NCBI RefSeq assembly: GCF_036365525.1 | Contig: NC_090390.1 | Span: 40,521,993-40,585,992 of the forward strand | Origin: Heterodontus francisci | Lineage: Eukaryota | Reading direction: 5' to 3' | Length of the DNA stretch: 64,000 bases | Part shown: piece after piece, positions 38,501-52,329 of the stretch | Position numbering within the stretch: position 1 is the stretch's first letter | Layout of the letters: each line of letters opens with the position of its first letter | Made by a program: the position numbers and the translations under genes | The notes under the pieces: generated by a model | Database searches by the model: none | Seen by the model: only the letters and a program-made list of their open reading frames with translations | What the model was told of the DNA's origin: nothing

Positions 38501-41500
38501 CAGGTGTCACTTTAAAATATCACAGTGGAGGATGGTCCCACCCATAAAACTGGCCTCATCCCCGATCAAAATAATGAGCATGTTGATTTCCGCCGATTGT
38601 GTCCATTTGCAACGTCAAGGAGGCTCTTCAAGCTTATTTGTTAGGTACAAAAGCACTAGTAGGCACATTTAAGTGTTGTGCCGAACAATAAAACTAGTAA
38701 ATGGTTCAGTATAGCTTTTTAAAGTCATTTTCAGTTATTTATAATCAGATTACTCTCAATTGGTGGACTAGACATTCTTATGAAAAATGTTTTTTTTAGC
38801 AATAAGCCCATTATCAGTTGTATTAATAAAACTGCACCAGGATACCATTCTTAAATATATCAAGGAATATCTTTTAATGCAAGGGAAAAATATAAATGAT
38901 TACACTACCTGATTGCGCTGGCTCATAGTTCATAGAATATTTTATGTTTGAGAGGAAATTTGAACCATAACCTGGCTTCTGAAAACTGCTGCAATATCAA
39001 GCGTAATTTGCACCCAGATTGCCGATTGGCGGAAAGCATAAACTCTACCCCACGGAGTTTTATAATTATACCTGGGGTCTTTCTACTTGCTTAAATTTCC
39101 TTTAATGTTTTGATTGCCAATGCATTTAAATTTTTTCTTTATTTCACGCTCGATTATGTTTGCTCACCACACTTCTTTTGGCAAGAATGATCATACCTAT
39201 TGCTTAATAATGTGGAGCACTGCATGATCCCTTCCCCAAGCCCTTCCCAATTCACTTCCATGAATCGCTTTGATCAACAACTGGTGATACACCACCTCTG
39301 TCAGCAGCATGAATTTAACACTGAGGAATATCATTGCTGCTGGCAGGATTTGGGTGAGTGGCAACCAGGAATTTGTGATTGGCAATTGGGAACTAGTTAT
39401 TCCTTTTATTCCAGGATGAAAATTGCCCCATGCATATTTCCATTGTATATCAATGGCCATTACTCGCATTCCGTTTAGGAGTGACCTTATTAAGAAATGT
39501 GCATGCTAATGAAGGTGATGAAGAAGCCTTTTCCACAGTCCGTTGTTTTGAATTTTAGTCCATTTTCTTCATGTGTTAAAGGAAAATTGCTGGACATCCA
39601 AATTTGTTTCTGCTTGGCCAGGATAGGTGCATCATGCCAATAAGGGCAGTTCAGTTGTGCCCATCCCAACTGTTAACTGGAATGTCAGAGTGGCACCATG
39701 CCGATCTGATGGCAAGAGGATGCTAGGTGAGGCCCTGGAGAAATTCCCCTTCATCACATCTCCTGCTCCTAAAGGAGAAAGCAGGTTTCTTAGGGAGGTT
39801 AGTTGATTCTCTCTGGAATTGGTGACCTTTCCCTTCTAAAGTCTTGGGGCATAAGTTCCACACAGGATTATGGAATGCATAAAGGTCAGAATCCATGGGG
39901 TAGCATGGAAACTTCCCTCAATCACCCCATTTGACTTGGGGAGGGGGAAGCGACCCTCTCCCCTCCCCCCAAGAATTTAAAGACCTAGTAGAATGGCCAG
40001 GATCCTGGTATAATCAGGTTCTGCTCCATACAGTGGCTTGACCCCAGCCCTGCACCCAGTCAAAAATTGGGCCTTCTTTTCCAACCCCAGGAATTTTCAG
40101 ACCCTAGTCTTTTTGATGAGAACATGATTTTTGTTGCCATTTTCCATAATGTCTTGAAATGTTCCCATCATTCTTTGTCAGCAACCATTTAAATGCCCTC
40201 CCCTTCCCCTACCCCAACTCAGGAGGAGTTACAAACATCAGGTGCAAACCTGCCAGGTGTAAAACCTGCCACCTCCAACTGGGCCTGAATGTACCCAGAA
40301 AACCTACAGTAGTAGTAGGAGGGAAAAAAATTGAGTTGAAAATAAAGCCAGTTAAGCTTGTTGGTATTGATATTCTCAATTCTAATTTAGAACTATGTGG
40401 CTGCTGAAGTCTGTTTATTTTGGGGTTCGTCATCCCTTTATTTTTCCTTACCATCTAGCTGTCCTTGTTTTCAGATGAGTGATTTTTGAAAATATTTCCT
40501 GTAATTCTATTTGTTTTATTACCACCTGTTTTCAATAGTGTGGGCTCAGCAGTTCTGACCTTACAGGAGAGTGATTTTCATTCCTTCTAATCACTTTCTT
40601 GTTGTTCACAATCTCAGTCGCAGACTGTAAACCTGGAAATGGAGTCCTCTCTGTAACTGGCAGTGCTAATAGTGTTATCAGGAAGTCCACATGCCTCCTG
40701 TCAAATGGGCTCAAGCTTTAATTTAACAAAGGTGCATTTTCTGTACCAACCAATACGTGGATTGTGATTTTTTTTCTCATCTATTTTAGGTGGAAATCAC
40801 TTTGATTTCACACACTGTGGTCCTGAGCGATGGGACAATTTATGTTTCCTTCTAACCTGTTGACAGAATAAGTTCAATTGAATTTTTCGATTAATGAATG
40901 TTTTCTCTCATTCTTTCAGTTCAGGATAATGTTGTGCATTATATGGACTGAGTAATGGAATCAGGGTCTGAAATTACTGTGGGCAGACTGGCAGTGCAAG
41001 GCACACTGGCAGAGCAAGTGCACACTGGCAGTGTGACTGCACAAGGGAGCACACACTGGCAGTGCAAATGCACGGTAGGTCTTCTGTTGACCCCCTCCTT
41101 TAGTTATTTTAGTGTGCTCCCAGCATGATTTACATCATCGCTGTGCAGACAAGCATAGTGGGATTTCCAAAGCAGGAGTGTAAATCTGTCCCTTAAAGTG
41201 GCACCTACACTTCCTGTTGCCACATAGTCCTGAAGTTTTTCATTCTACTCTCTACTTTTACTGACTTCTACTTCCTTTACTGAGTTTTTGTACTTTTACA
41301 TTTTCTATTGGCTTACTGTTAGCTTCTAATTTTGCTGATTAAAACTTGGATTTTCATCCTCACTCCAGAGGAGGGCAGGGTAGGATTTCCACTGCCTTGA
41401 TCACAAATCAAATGTTGTAAATGGTCTGCCAGGTGCAATATTATGGCCAAAAAAGTAATGGTTTATCAAGATGGTTAGTTGCAGTGATCAGAGAGTTGGA

Positions 41501-41584
41501 GTCCTCGAGGGATGAGCTTTGATAGACCAAATGTCTTTCCTCATTCTTGACTTTCCAGTACAGAGTTTGCTTGTATTGCAGTCT

Positions 41585-41845
41585 TAGTGGTTATGCCAGG
41601 ACCACATCGGATGGTGCCCTTCGACAATATGGAGTCTTGCAACAGAGCCCATCAAATGTCTCAGGATCTTTTTGCTTGCTCTGTTCTGCATAATATCAGA
41701 ATGCAGAAAGGTTTGCTGAAACTGATGCTGGTGAAGAGAGAGGGTGCAAAGGAAGAAGTGGATGCCAGGAAAACCAGCAGCCAGAGAAAGGAAGATGCAA
41801 TTGACAGCCCAATGTTTTTACTCATCACAAAGAGACATTTCATTC
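41585..41845 (+). pseudogene. Decayed Harbinger transposase C-terminus
   Basis: CQD../SDGALRQ, ACSVLHNIRMQKGL, an acidic stretch, and LLITKRHF. Confidence 0.55.
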
Positions 41846-44636
41846 CTGCCTCTTCTCGCCTCATGTCCTACATAATGGGCTGCGTTATATAGTCCCCCCA
41901 ACGTCAGGGGTCATGGTGGGGGGGGTAGGGGAGGTGGGGGGGGCCCAGAAAATGCCTCCAGGAGAGGCCCGCCACAGGCCTCATTGCTGGGAAGGCCCGG
42001 TCCCATATTGCTGGCAGCAACGAGGCCTCATTGCAGCCACCACCCCCCACCCCCAATCTCGGTGACGTGAGCCAAACTTACACATTTAAAAAAATGCAAA
42101 TTACTGAATTAAATAATTACCTGCTCCCGCCATCCGTTCCGTTGCCATATTGGAGCCGGCAGCCGGCATTCCCGCGCCATCGGATCTCCGTGCGTTGATT
42201 TAAGGTGGAACACTGGTGAGGAAGGGGGGAGCAGGAAGTTTCTCAGTGCGGGGGGTGGGGGGGGGGGGTGGAGCGGGATGAAACTAGTTTCATTGGTCAA
42301 GGGGATTGTGGGAAGAGTTAAAATTAGAGTTTGTGCACTTTGGGCCGGAGGAGGTCAGGTGCACAAAGTAAGTATTTTGGGGGGGGTGATAGGCAAGGAA
42401 TGAATTGTTTGGTCATCGGGGGGGGGAGGGGCTTGAAACATTTGCTTAAATTGTTTGAATAAATTGTAAGTGACTATTTCTTTAAAAATTTAAATTAAAT
42501 GTAAGGGCTTGAAGCCCTTTAAAAATGAAGCCAGATGCCTTTGCCGGGAATGGACTGCCCGACCCCTCCACATCACTGGGGGGGGGGGGGGCAGTCCGCC
42601 CCGGCCCTGTAAATGAGCTGCTTATTTTAATATTGGGGTGGCTCTGCGGAGTAAAGCCCGTGCGTGCAGGCCGCCATTTTGTTGGCCGCCGATTACGGTG
42701 GTGGCAACATAAAATACAGCCCAGTCTCTCACTGCAAACTATTCCTGGCAACATCTTTCATAACATAGAAGTCTACTGTTCCCCTGCCATCATCTCAATC
42801 TCCAAAAGCTGAAAGCATATTGGGAAAGGAAGTCAGAATTCTACGTGCCAAAGCCATGTTAATTTACATAACAATTTCTCCAAAATGTTCCAATAATTTC
42901 AATCACCCTATCTATAACCCCTTGGCGATCTACCCTCAGTGTCAGATAATTTACTTGCTCATGCTCCCAATCTGCTACTACTGTGAGCTTCCTCCTGAGT
43001 GCGTTAAGGTTAAGGGATGGATGGCTGAGATGGTTTCCTTAGAGGTTTTTTTTACTCTTGTCTCAGGGAAGCAGCTTCTGACAGCTTTTCTTTTGCAGTG
43101 GCAAGAGGTGCTTGGCCCACGTCTGAAGTTCCCTTGTATGTGGGCATTGGAGGGAGCTTTAAGGCAGGAGGCTTAATGCCACTCTCCAGGGAGACAGTGA
43201 TATCTATGTTCACTCCTTACAGTCCTCTGGTGCTGAGCATAGGTTCATTAGAGCTGCTGCTTATTGTCAGTACAGACTGATTACCCAAGTGATAGTCATC
43301 TGTGCAAAGCATCTATTGTAGTAGCGTTAGCTGCCACTCCAGAAGCTACAACTGTCTTTAGAAGCTGTTCCTGTTTTCTTGATATCACAGAAATCTCCCA
43401 GGTTGTCGTTGTTTCCAGGGTGTTCAGATCAGGGAAGACTTCCTGGATTGTGTTACAGATGTGGGTAGTGGACTCCTTTCATTTGTCATCATTTCAAAAT
43501 CATATGTGTGTAAATCATGTTAATGCTCCCTAATCATTGTTCTTTTGAATCTGGGTCCCTGAGATCTGGAATTCTACATTCCTCAGCCAAGTTTGGTAAT
43601 TTCTCCACCCTCCATGGAGCAATGGCATGCTCCCACTCTTCCGCTCCCAATCCCTAATACTCACCCGTACTTCACCCTGTGAACGCCCTTCTGATTTGCT
43701 AGTTACTTCCTTCTGAGTGGGTCTCTCTGCACTGGTGTTTGTTCTAGTAAGGTGCCACAATACAGTTAGTAAGGAAGTGACAGCAATTGAGGCTGTGGTT
43801 CTGGCACTACTTCCCCAGTGGAAGTGCCTGGGTGGTTATCATTGTGGCCAGCCTTTTCCTGAAAGGCACTCCATGTGATATGAAGCACGGAAGAGCTCGT
43901 TTAGATTACATGCAGTAACATCCCATCTGAAGAAAAAGATGCTGAGTAGATGGGCATCTTTGAGAAAGCTCACAAAGCTGAAACTACCAATAATTACTTT
44001 TTCCCAGCTTTTATCAACCTTCTATCTTACTTTGCCTTCAAACTTTCACTCTCTCACAGGTTTTCCTGTGTATGTCTCCTTTTCCTGTGCTTTCAGGGTT
44101 TTCAGCACTGTTGTTCCACCCTGACTGTATTTATTGCTGATTGTAGGCAATATTTCCCATCAACTTATATACAGCATGCTCCTGGAGGGACTCCTGCCAT
44201 CAAGAGAGAGCCCACCAGTGTGAGTGAGGACATTCCAATGGTACTGCTAAGGCTATGGCACTGCAATACTACTTGTTTATAAACCATAGTGCAATATGCA
44301 CATGTTCTATCACCATTATCCTCTTTGGAGCTAATCAGTTGTGAAGTTACATTAACTTAAAAATGTCCATTTTCTTTGTATTAAAGATTTTGTAGACCAT
44401 TGCATGTTCTGCAGTGAATGAATGATTTGTCTATGCAAAGGTGTGCTCAGGACAGCTAACTTTTATAGGTCCCCAGTAACAAGCTCAGATTAGACAAATC
44501 AAGCCTAGAAGAAAAGCAAAAACCCAGGAAACGCATGTTGCCGTGTAAAAGAAAAACGGCTGACGAATTCTTGGGTTCCAACAACTAAACCAACTCCAAT
44601 GAAAACACGTATCATTCAACAGTAACATATGCACAG

Positions 44637-45494
44637 TGTTACGACCAGGTGACGGGGCTTAATTTTAAAAACACTGTTTTTTTAGCTTCCTCTCAGTGAA
44701 TCCTTGTTCACTGCTTTCCAATTATAAGGCAAAGAATTCAATTCAGATAGGTTTTCTTAGATTTTAAACAAGAAAGGTAGAAGTTTATTAATCTTAAACA
44801 CTAATCCGGTTATCAACTACGAATATGCTATGCGACCATGATAGCATGCATACGCGATAAACGCATATGCAGATAGAGACAGAAAAATAGAAAAGAATAA
44901 ATGGGAAAAGTTTGTGGCAATAGATGAGTTTCTATTTTACTGTCCTTTGAGTTTGCTGTGAAGTCTTTGGTTGCCGGTCAGAATTGCAATTTGTTGGGGC
45001 CCAGTACACACTTCAACTTGTTTCGAGGTCAGAGTCTTTTCTCTCTTGAGGTTTACATGTCTTCCATGGGTCCGGTGGCTTGGGAGAAAGCGAGAGAGAG
45101 AGGCTTCCTTGCTCCAGCTTCCAGTTCAAACAGCCTTCTGCGTCTTTCTCTGTGGCACAATTAAAAAAAACCCCAGGTTGCCCAGCAGGTTAGTCATGTG
45201 ACTAGCTGGTTTGACCACTTCTGTTTGTGGATTCTGCCATCTTAGCAGTCATCCTGGAATGTGAGCTTCCTCACCTTCAATGTCTGGTGATCAAAGTCCA
45301 TTGTGGGTTAAATGGAACAGGGAATAGTCCTTTGTCTCCACAAGCACTGTCTGTTAATATGCAAATGTCCTTCCAGCCAAGTGTCTGGTGATTTTTTAAC
45401 AAGACCTTTCTTCACTTCAGCAACAGATTAAAATCAATGTTCATATGACAAAATTAATATGCCTCACTCTTGGCAGGTTGGGGTCTGCATGACA
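44637..45494 (-). mobile_element. Solo LTR (858 bp)
   Basis: Termini tgtta...tgaca, perfect 4-bp TSD acag (44633-44636, 45495-45498), and AATAAA on the minus strand near 44785. Confidence 0.8.
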
Positions 45495-47601
45495 ACAGCA
45501 ACGTCTTTGAAACAATGCACTGCCAACAGACGATATTCTTTTGGAGTTGGGCATTTTGCCAGAGTGTTGAACCTAATTGCAATAGGCAGCAGGGGATTTT
45601 CAAGGGGATACAGTTTTCAAAGATTGGAAGGAAGGTTCCCGCTGAACCTCAGCAAATAAACACCTTGGCAGATCTTGGGGTGGCAGAAGGAGCATTGACT
45701 GCCACTGCCACCTCCCTTGACACAGCCTGCACCAATTGGGTTTTCTGCCTTCAGTGTCCAACAATCTTGCTATTTTGTCCCTGGCTTTAGCCACAAAAGA
45801 ACCTCAAGGGATACATCCGAGAATCAGAGGCTCTTCTAGCTGATGATAATCCCAAAGCAGCTGCTCCCGTATTCTTTCAGAGAAGTGATGCTCCCTTTTA
45901 ATTGGCTGCAGCACACCATTTCCCTTCCTTCCAGCTGTGCTAAACCTATCTGAAATTCTGAAATGGTTTTAACCCTCTAACTCCATTCTGCATGCAAGTG
46001 AAGGCCCCTGGAGGAAAATGTCAAGGGTTTGTGGTAGCATCAGCAATGGGAGGAACATCCAGGTCATAGAACTTTTAACATAGGCAACAAGCCAAATACC
46101 CTGTGGCTTTTAACAGTTGCACATTATAAACAGAGTTAACTTAAGAACATAAGAAATAGGAGCAGGAGAAGGCCATATGGCCCCTCGAGCCTGCTCTACC
46201 ATTCACAAGAACACAAGAAATAGAAGCAGAAGTAGTCTATATGGCCCATTGAGGCTGCTCCGCCATTCATGGCTGATCTTGAGCTTCAATTCCACTTTCC
46301 TGCTTTCTTCCCATATCTCTTGATTCCCTGCGAGACCAAAAATCTAGCTATCCCAGCCTTAAATACATTCAATGATGGGGCATCTACAACCCTCTAGGGT
46401 AGAGAATTCCAAAGATTCAGGATCAACTGAGAGAAGAAATTCCTCTTCATCTATGTCTTAAATGGGAAATCCCCTATTCTGAAAATATGCCCCCTTGTTC
46501 TAGATTCCTCCATGAGAGGAAACCTCCTCTCAACTGCGTAAGCAGCATGCGATAGACAGAGCTAAGTGATCCCATAACCAACGGATCAGATCTAAGATCT
46601 GCAGTCCTGCCACAACCAGCCGTGAATGGTGGTGGACAATTAAACAACTAACTAGAGGAGGTGGCTTCACAAATATCCCCAACCTCAATGATGGGGGAGC
46701 CCAGCACATCAATGCGAAAGATAAGGCTGTAGCATTTGCAACAATCTTCAGCCAGAAATGCTGAGTTGATGATCCATCTTGGCCTCCTCCTGAAGTCCCC
46801 AGCATCACAGATGCCAATTCGATCCACCCTGCATGATATCAAGAAACGACTGAAGGCATTGGATACTCCAAATGCTATGGGCCCTGGCAATATTCTGGCA
46901 ATAGTACTGAAGACCTATGCTCCACAACTTGCCATGCCCCTAGCCAAGCTGTTCCAGTACAGCTACAACACTGGCATCTACCTGGCAATGTGGGAAATTG
47001 TCCAGGTATGTCCTGTACACAAAAAGCAGGACAAGTCCAACCTGGCCAATTCCCACCCCAATCTCTCAATCATCAGTAAAGTGATGGAAGGTGTCATCAA
47101 CAGTGCTATCAAGCAGTATTTGCTTAGCAATAACCTGCTCAGTGACATTCAGTTTGGGTTCCGCCAGGGCCACTCAGCTTCTGACCTCATTATAGCCTTG
47201 GTTCACATCTGGACAAAAGAGCTGAACTCAAGAGGTGAAGTGAGAGTGACTGCCCTTGACATTAAGGCAGCATTTGAATAAGTATGGCATCAAGGAGCCC
47301 TAGCAAAACTGAAGTCACTGTGAATCAGGGGGAAAACTCTCCGCTGATTGGAGTCATACCTAGTGTAAAGGAAGATGGCTGTGGTTGTTGGGGGTCAATC
47401 ATCTGAACGCCAGAACACTACTGCAGGAGTGCCTCAGGGTAGTGTCCTAGGCCCAAGCATGCTTCATCAATGACCTTCCTTCAATCATAAGGTCAGAAGT
47501 GGGGATGTTCGCTGATGATTGCCATGTCCAGCATCATTCATTAGTCCTCAGATACTGAAGAAATGCAGCAAGACCTGGACTATATCCAGGCTTGGGCTGA
47601 T

Positions 47602-50290
47602 GGTAGAAATGTCAGTGGGGGAGCATTTTGGGGATAGTGACTATAACTCTGTAAGATTTAAGGTAGTTATGGAAAAGGACAAAGATGGACCAGAAATAAA
47701 GGTACTGCATTGGGGGAAGGCCGATTTCAATATGATTAAACAGGATCAGGCCAAAGTGGACTGGGAACAGCTACTTGTAGGAAAGTATTCATCAGATCAG
47801 TGGGAGTCATTCATAAAGGAAGTCGTGAGAGTTCAGGGCCAACATGTTCCTGTAAAGATGAAGGGTAGGACCAACAAGTCCAGGGAAGCGGGGATGTCAA
47901 GGGAGATAGAGGATTGGATAAGGCAAAAAAAGGAAGCTCAGGGGGCTGAAAACAGCGGAGGCCCTAGAGGAGTATAGAAAGTGTCGGGGAGTACTTAAAA
48001 AAGTAATTAGGAGAGTGAAGAGGGGGCATGAAAAAACACTGGCGGGCAAGATAAAGGAAAATCCCAAGGCATTTTATAAGTATATTAAGGGCAAGAGGGT
48101 AACCAGGGAAAGACTAGGGCCGAAAGGTGTAGGTGAGGTTTTAAGTGATTACTTTTCATCTGTTTTCACTATGGAGAAGGGCAATGTAGCTGTAGAGATC
48201 AGGGAGGGGGATTGTGATATACTCGAACAAATTAGCATTGAAAGGGAGGAGATATTACCGGTTTCAGCAGCTTAATAGTGGATAAATCCCCATGCCCAGA
48301 TGAGATGTATCCCAGGCTGTTATGTGAGGCAAGGGAGGAGATAGAAGGGGCTCTGACATAAATTTTCAAATCCTCTCTGGCCACAGGAGAGGTGCCAGAG
48401 GACTGGAGGACAGCAAATGTGGTACCATTATTCAAGAAAGGTAGGATAGATAAACCAGCTAATTACAGGCCGGTGAACCTAACATCGGGAAAATATTGGA
48501 AAAAAATTTGAGGGACAGGATTAATCTCCACTTGGAGAGGCAGGGATTAATCAAGGATAGTCAGCATGGCTTTGTCAGGGGGAGATCATGTCTAACAAAC
48601 TTGATTGAATTTTTCAAGGAGGTGACTAGATGTGTAGATGAGGGTAAAGCAGTTGATGTAGTCTACTTGGACTTCAGTAAGGCTTTTGATAAGGTCCCGC
48701 ATGGGAGATTAGTCAAGAAGGTAAGAGCCCATGGGATCCAGGGCAATTTGGCAAATTGGATCCAAAGTTGGCTTAGTGGCAGGAGGCAGAGGGTGATGGT
48801 CGACGATTGTTTTTGCGATTGGAAGCCTGTGACCAGTGGTGCACCGCAGGGATCGGTGGTGGGACCCTTGCAGTTTGTAGTGTACATTAATGATTTAGAT
48901 GTGAATATAGGAGGTATGATCAGTAAGTTCGCGGGTGACATGAAAATTGGTGGTGTTGTAAATAGTGAGGAGGAAAGCCTTAGATTACAGGACAATCTAG
49001 ATGGGCTGGTAAGATGGGCAGAGCAGTGGCAAATAGAATTTAATCCTGAGAAGTGTGAGGTGATGCATTTTGGGAGGACTAACAAGGCAAGAGAATATAC
49101 TATGGGTGGTAGGACCCTAGGAAGTACAGAGGGTCAGAGTGACCTTGGTGTACTTGTCCATAGATCACTGAAGGTAGCAGCACAGGTAGATAAGGTCGTT
49201 AGGAAGGCAGATGGGATACTTGCCTTTATTAGCTGAGGCATAGAATGTAAGAGCAGGGAAGTTATGATGGAGCTGTATAAAATGCTAGTTAGGCCACAGC
49301 AGGAGTAATTTGTACAGTTCTGGTTGCCACACTATAGGAAGAATGTGATTGCACTAGAGAGTAAAGGCCTGCTACCTGACCCGAGCCCGACGGGACACGA
49401 CGACATGTGTCGGGTTCGGGTCGGGCTGGCCCCTCTTCTGGATCCGGCTTTCGGGCTCGTGTCAGTTCGGGCCGGGCCAGGTCAGAACAGACACACACGG
49501 TCAGTGCTCTGCCGGTAAGTATTAAAAATAAAAAACTTACCTGAGCTGGAAGTCCTGGATGAAACTGAGTCTGCGCAATGAGCAAGTGATGTCACTATGA
49601 CATCATCACGCATGCGCTGCAGCTTCGTGGAACTTCCTGAGTCTGAAGGTGAGTAAAGGGATGGTCGGGTTGGGCTCGGGTCGGGTCGAGTTGGGGTTGA
49701 GTCGGGCCTGGGGCGAAATTGGAGGGACTTGAGCTTGGTTGGGCTTGGGTCTGCTGTGGGTCGGTCTGGTTTGGTTCGGGTTCTTTTTCCCGACCTGAGC
49801 ACGCCTTTACTGGAGAAGGTGCAGAGGAGATTCGTCAGGATGTTGCCGGGGCTGCAGCATTTCAGCTATGAAGAGAGACTGGATAGGCTAGGGTTGTTTT
49901 CCTTAGAGCAGAGAAGGCTGAGGGGGGGACCTGATTGAGGTATGCAAAATTATGAGGGGCATAGATAGGGTAGATAGGAAGAAACCTTTTCCCTTAGCGG
50001 AGGTGTCAATAACCAGGGGACATAGATTTAAGGTAAGGGGCAGGAGGTTTAGAGGGGATGTGAGGAAAAATGTTTTCACCCAGAGGGTGGTTGGAATCTG
50101 GAACACACTGCTTGAAGGGGTGGTAGAGGCAGGAACCCTCACAACATTTAAGAAGTATCTAGATGAGCATTTGAAATGCTCTAGCAGACAAGGCTACAGG
50201 CCAAATGCTGGAAAAGGGTATTAGAATAGATAGGCTTGATGGCCGGCATGGACACAGTGGGCCTGTTTCTGTGCTATATAACTCTATGAT
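47602..50290 (+). mobile_element. CR1 LINE (end of APE, RT, 3' UTR)
   Basis: ORF 48496-49236 with YLDFSKAFDKVPH and GAPQGSVVGP, ending in a ctctatga tail. Confidence 0.92.
49362..49809. mobile_element. hAT-type MITE (448 bp)
   Basis: TIRs taaaggcctgct / agcacgccttta, 8-bp TSD ctagagag / ctggagaa (6/8), and many subterminal TCGGG/CCCGA motifs. Confidence 0.85.
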
Positions 50291-51167
50291 AAGTGGCAAG
50301 TAACATTCGCGGCACACAAGTGCCAGGCAATGACCATCTCCAACAAGAGAAAATTTAACCATCTCCCCTTGACATTCAGTGGCATTATGATAGCTGAATC
50401 CCCCACTATCAACATCCTGGGGGTGACCATTGACCAGAAACGGAACTGGAGTAGCCATATAAATACCATGGCTACAAGAGCTGGGAATCACCTCCTGACC
50501 ACCCAAAGCCTTTCCACCATCTACAAGATACAAGTCAGGAGTGTGACGGAATACTCTCCACCTGCCTGGATGGATGCAGCTCTAACAACACTCAAGAAGC
50601 TGGACACCATCCAGGACAAAGCAGCCTGCTTGATTGGCACACCATCCACCAACATTCAGTTCCTCCACCACCGACGCACAGTGGCAGCAATGTATACCAT
50701 CTACAAGATGCACTGCAGCAACGCACCAAGGCTCCTTAGACGGCACCTTCCAAACCCATGACCTCTGCCAACTAGAAGGACAAGGGCAGAAAATGCATGG
50801 GAACACCACCACCTGCAAGTTCCCCTTCCTGATTTGGAACTATATCGCCATTCCTTCACTGTCACTGGGTCAAAATGCTGGAACTCCCTTCCTAATAGCA
50901 CTGTGGGTGTACCTACCTCAGATGGACTGCAGCGGTTCAAGAAGACAGCTCACCACCACCTTCTCAAGGGCAATAAATACTGGTCTAGCCAGCGACACCC
51001 ACATTCCATGAATGGAAAAAAAACATCTACCCCTGACAAGCCCCCTTAGAATCTTGTATGTTTCAATAAGATCACTTCATTCTTCTAAACTCCAATGAGT
51101 ATAGGCCCAACCTGCTCATCCTTTTCTCAGCATCCAACCCCTTCATCCCAGGAATCAACCTAGTGCA

Positions 51168-51610
51168 GCCATGAGGAAAGATTGGATAGGCTGGGGTTGT
51201 TCTCCTTGGAACAGAGAAGGCTGAGGGGAGATCTGATTGAAAGTACAAAATTGTGAGGGGCTTGGATAGAGTGGATGTGAAGGGCCTATATACATTAGCA
51301 GAGTGGTCAGTGACTGGGGGCATAGATTTTAAGTGATTGGCAGAAAGATTAGAGGGGAGATGAGGAAAACATTTTTCACCCAGAGGGTGGTAGTGGTCTG
51401 GAACTCACTGCCTGAAAGGATAGTAGAGGCAGAAACCCTCAACTCATTTAAAAGATGTCTGGATATGCACCTTAAGTGCCATAACCTGCAGGGCAACGGA
51501 CCGAATGCTGGAAGGTGGGATTAGACTGCGTGGCTCATTTTTTGGCCAGTGCAGACACCATGGGCCAAATGGCCTCTATCTCTGCCATAAACATTCTATG
51601 ATTCAATGAT
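51168..51610 (+). mobile_element. CR1 3' fragment
   Basis: FFTQRVVVVWNSLP and a ttctatgatt tail. Confidence 0.85.
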
Positions 51611-52329
51611 TCTCTGAATACCATCCAATGCAATTATATCCCTCCTTAAATAAGGAGACCAAAACTGTACACTGTATTCTATGTGTGGTTTCACGAACAC
51701 CCTGTGCAGTGGTAGCAAAACGTCTCTACTTTTATTCTCCATGTCCCTTGCAATAAAGACTAACATTCCATATGCCATCCTAATTACTTGCTGTACCTGC
51801 ATGCCATGTTTCATGTATGGAACACGGAGCACATTATGCTTACAGATCCTTGTCACATTTTCATTTTACACCTCTATCATAGTGCTTCAGAAGCTTTGGT
51901 CATGCAGCAGAGCTTCTGTTCTTGCTTCAGTGGCCTGCAGAATATAAATATTTGTTCTCAAACATTACTCAATGCCAAGATTGGTTAATATCAAATTCTA
52001 ATTCAGGATAGTGCATTGAGGTAAAAAGACAAATATTTGAGTTGCTTTGCTTGTAATTTTAGCTTTAGCAATGCCTCCAGCAGTATAAAAGTTTTCAATA
52101 GTAATGCTTCTGCATGGCATTACAGTTGATGCACTTTGACCAGGAAAGTCTGCCTGTTCATTCCTGGATTGCAAAGGAAGTCAATGGAAAAGAAAATTGC
52201 GAGAGAGGTATAATGGGTGGCTGAATCATTATCATCTGTTTCACATTCCTACTAAAGCCAAGATGACCCCATTGACTTTAACTATTGCTGTGCTTCCTTC
52301 TGTCTCACTGAAGTGCACTCCGCGCAAGA

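Larger units (their letters stand above)
46531..51023 (+). mobile_element. Family-B LINE interrupted by a CR1 (pieces 46531-47601 and 50288-51023)
   Basis: gcttgggctgat|...|aagtggcaag is contiguous in the intact copy at 61051-63441. Contains ALDIKAAF, GVPQGSVLGP and MFADD. Confidence 0.88.
46143..51820 (-). mobile_element. CR1 3' fragment acting as host for nested insertions (pieces 46143-46530, 51024-51165, 51610-51820)
   Basis: CR1 sequence resumes colinearly after each insert and carries an aagaacataagaaataggagcagg tail. Confidence 0.75.

Noticed and set aside
40532-40714. Minus-strand ORF containing RRHVDFLIT, resembling the missing TdT motif GHDVDFLIT
   Set aside because: It is on the wrong strand, lacks the first catalytic Asp and the GK..G lead-in, and the flanking residues are unrelated. 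Most likely chance.
40575-40721. Signal-peptide-like frame FSFLLITFLLFTISVADCKPG on the + strand
   Set aside because: An in-frame stop lies immediately upstream, with no start codon or compatible acceptor.
40981-41073. Four CA(C/G)ACTGGCAG motifs
   Set aside because: A short degenerate tandem repeat with no supportable function. It does not form an RSS (no heptamer-spacer-nonamer).
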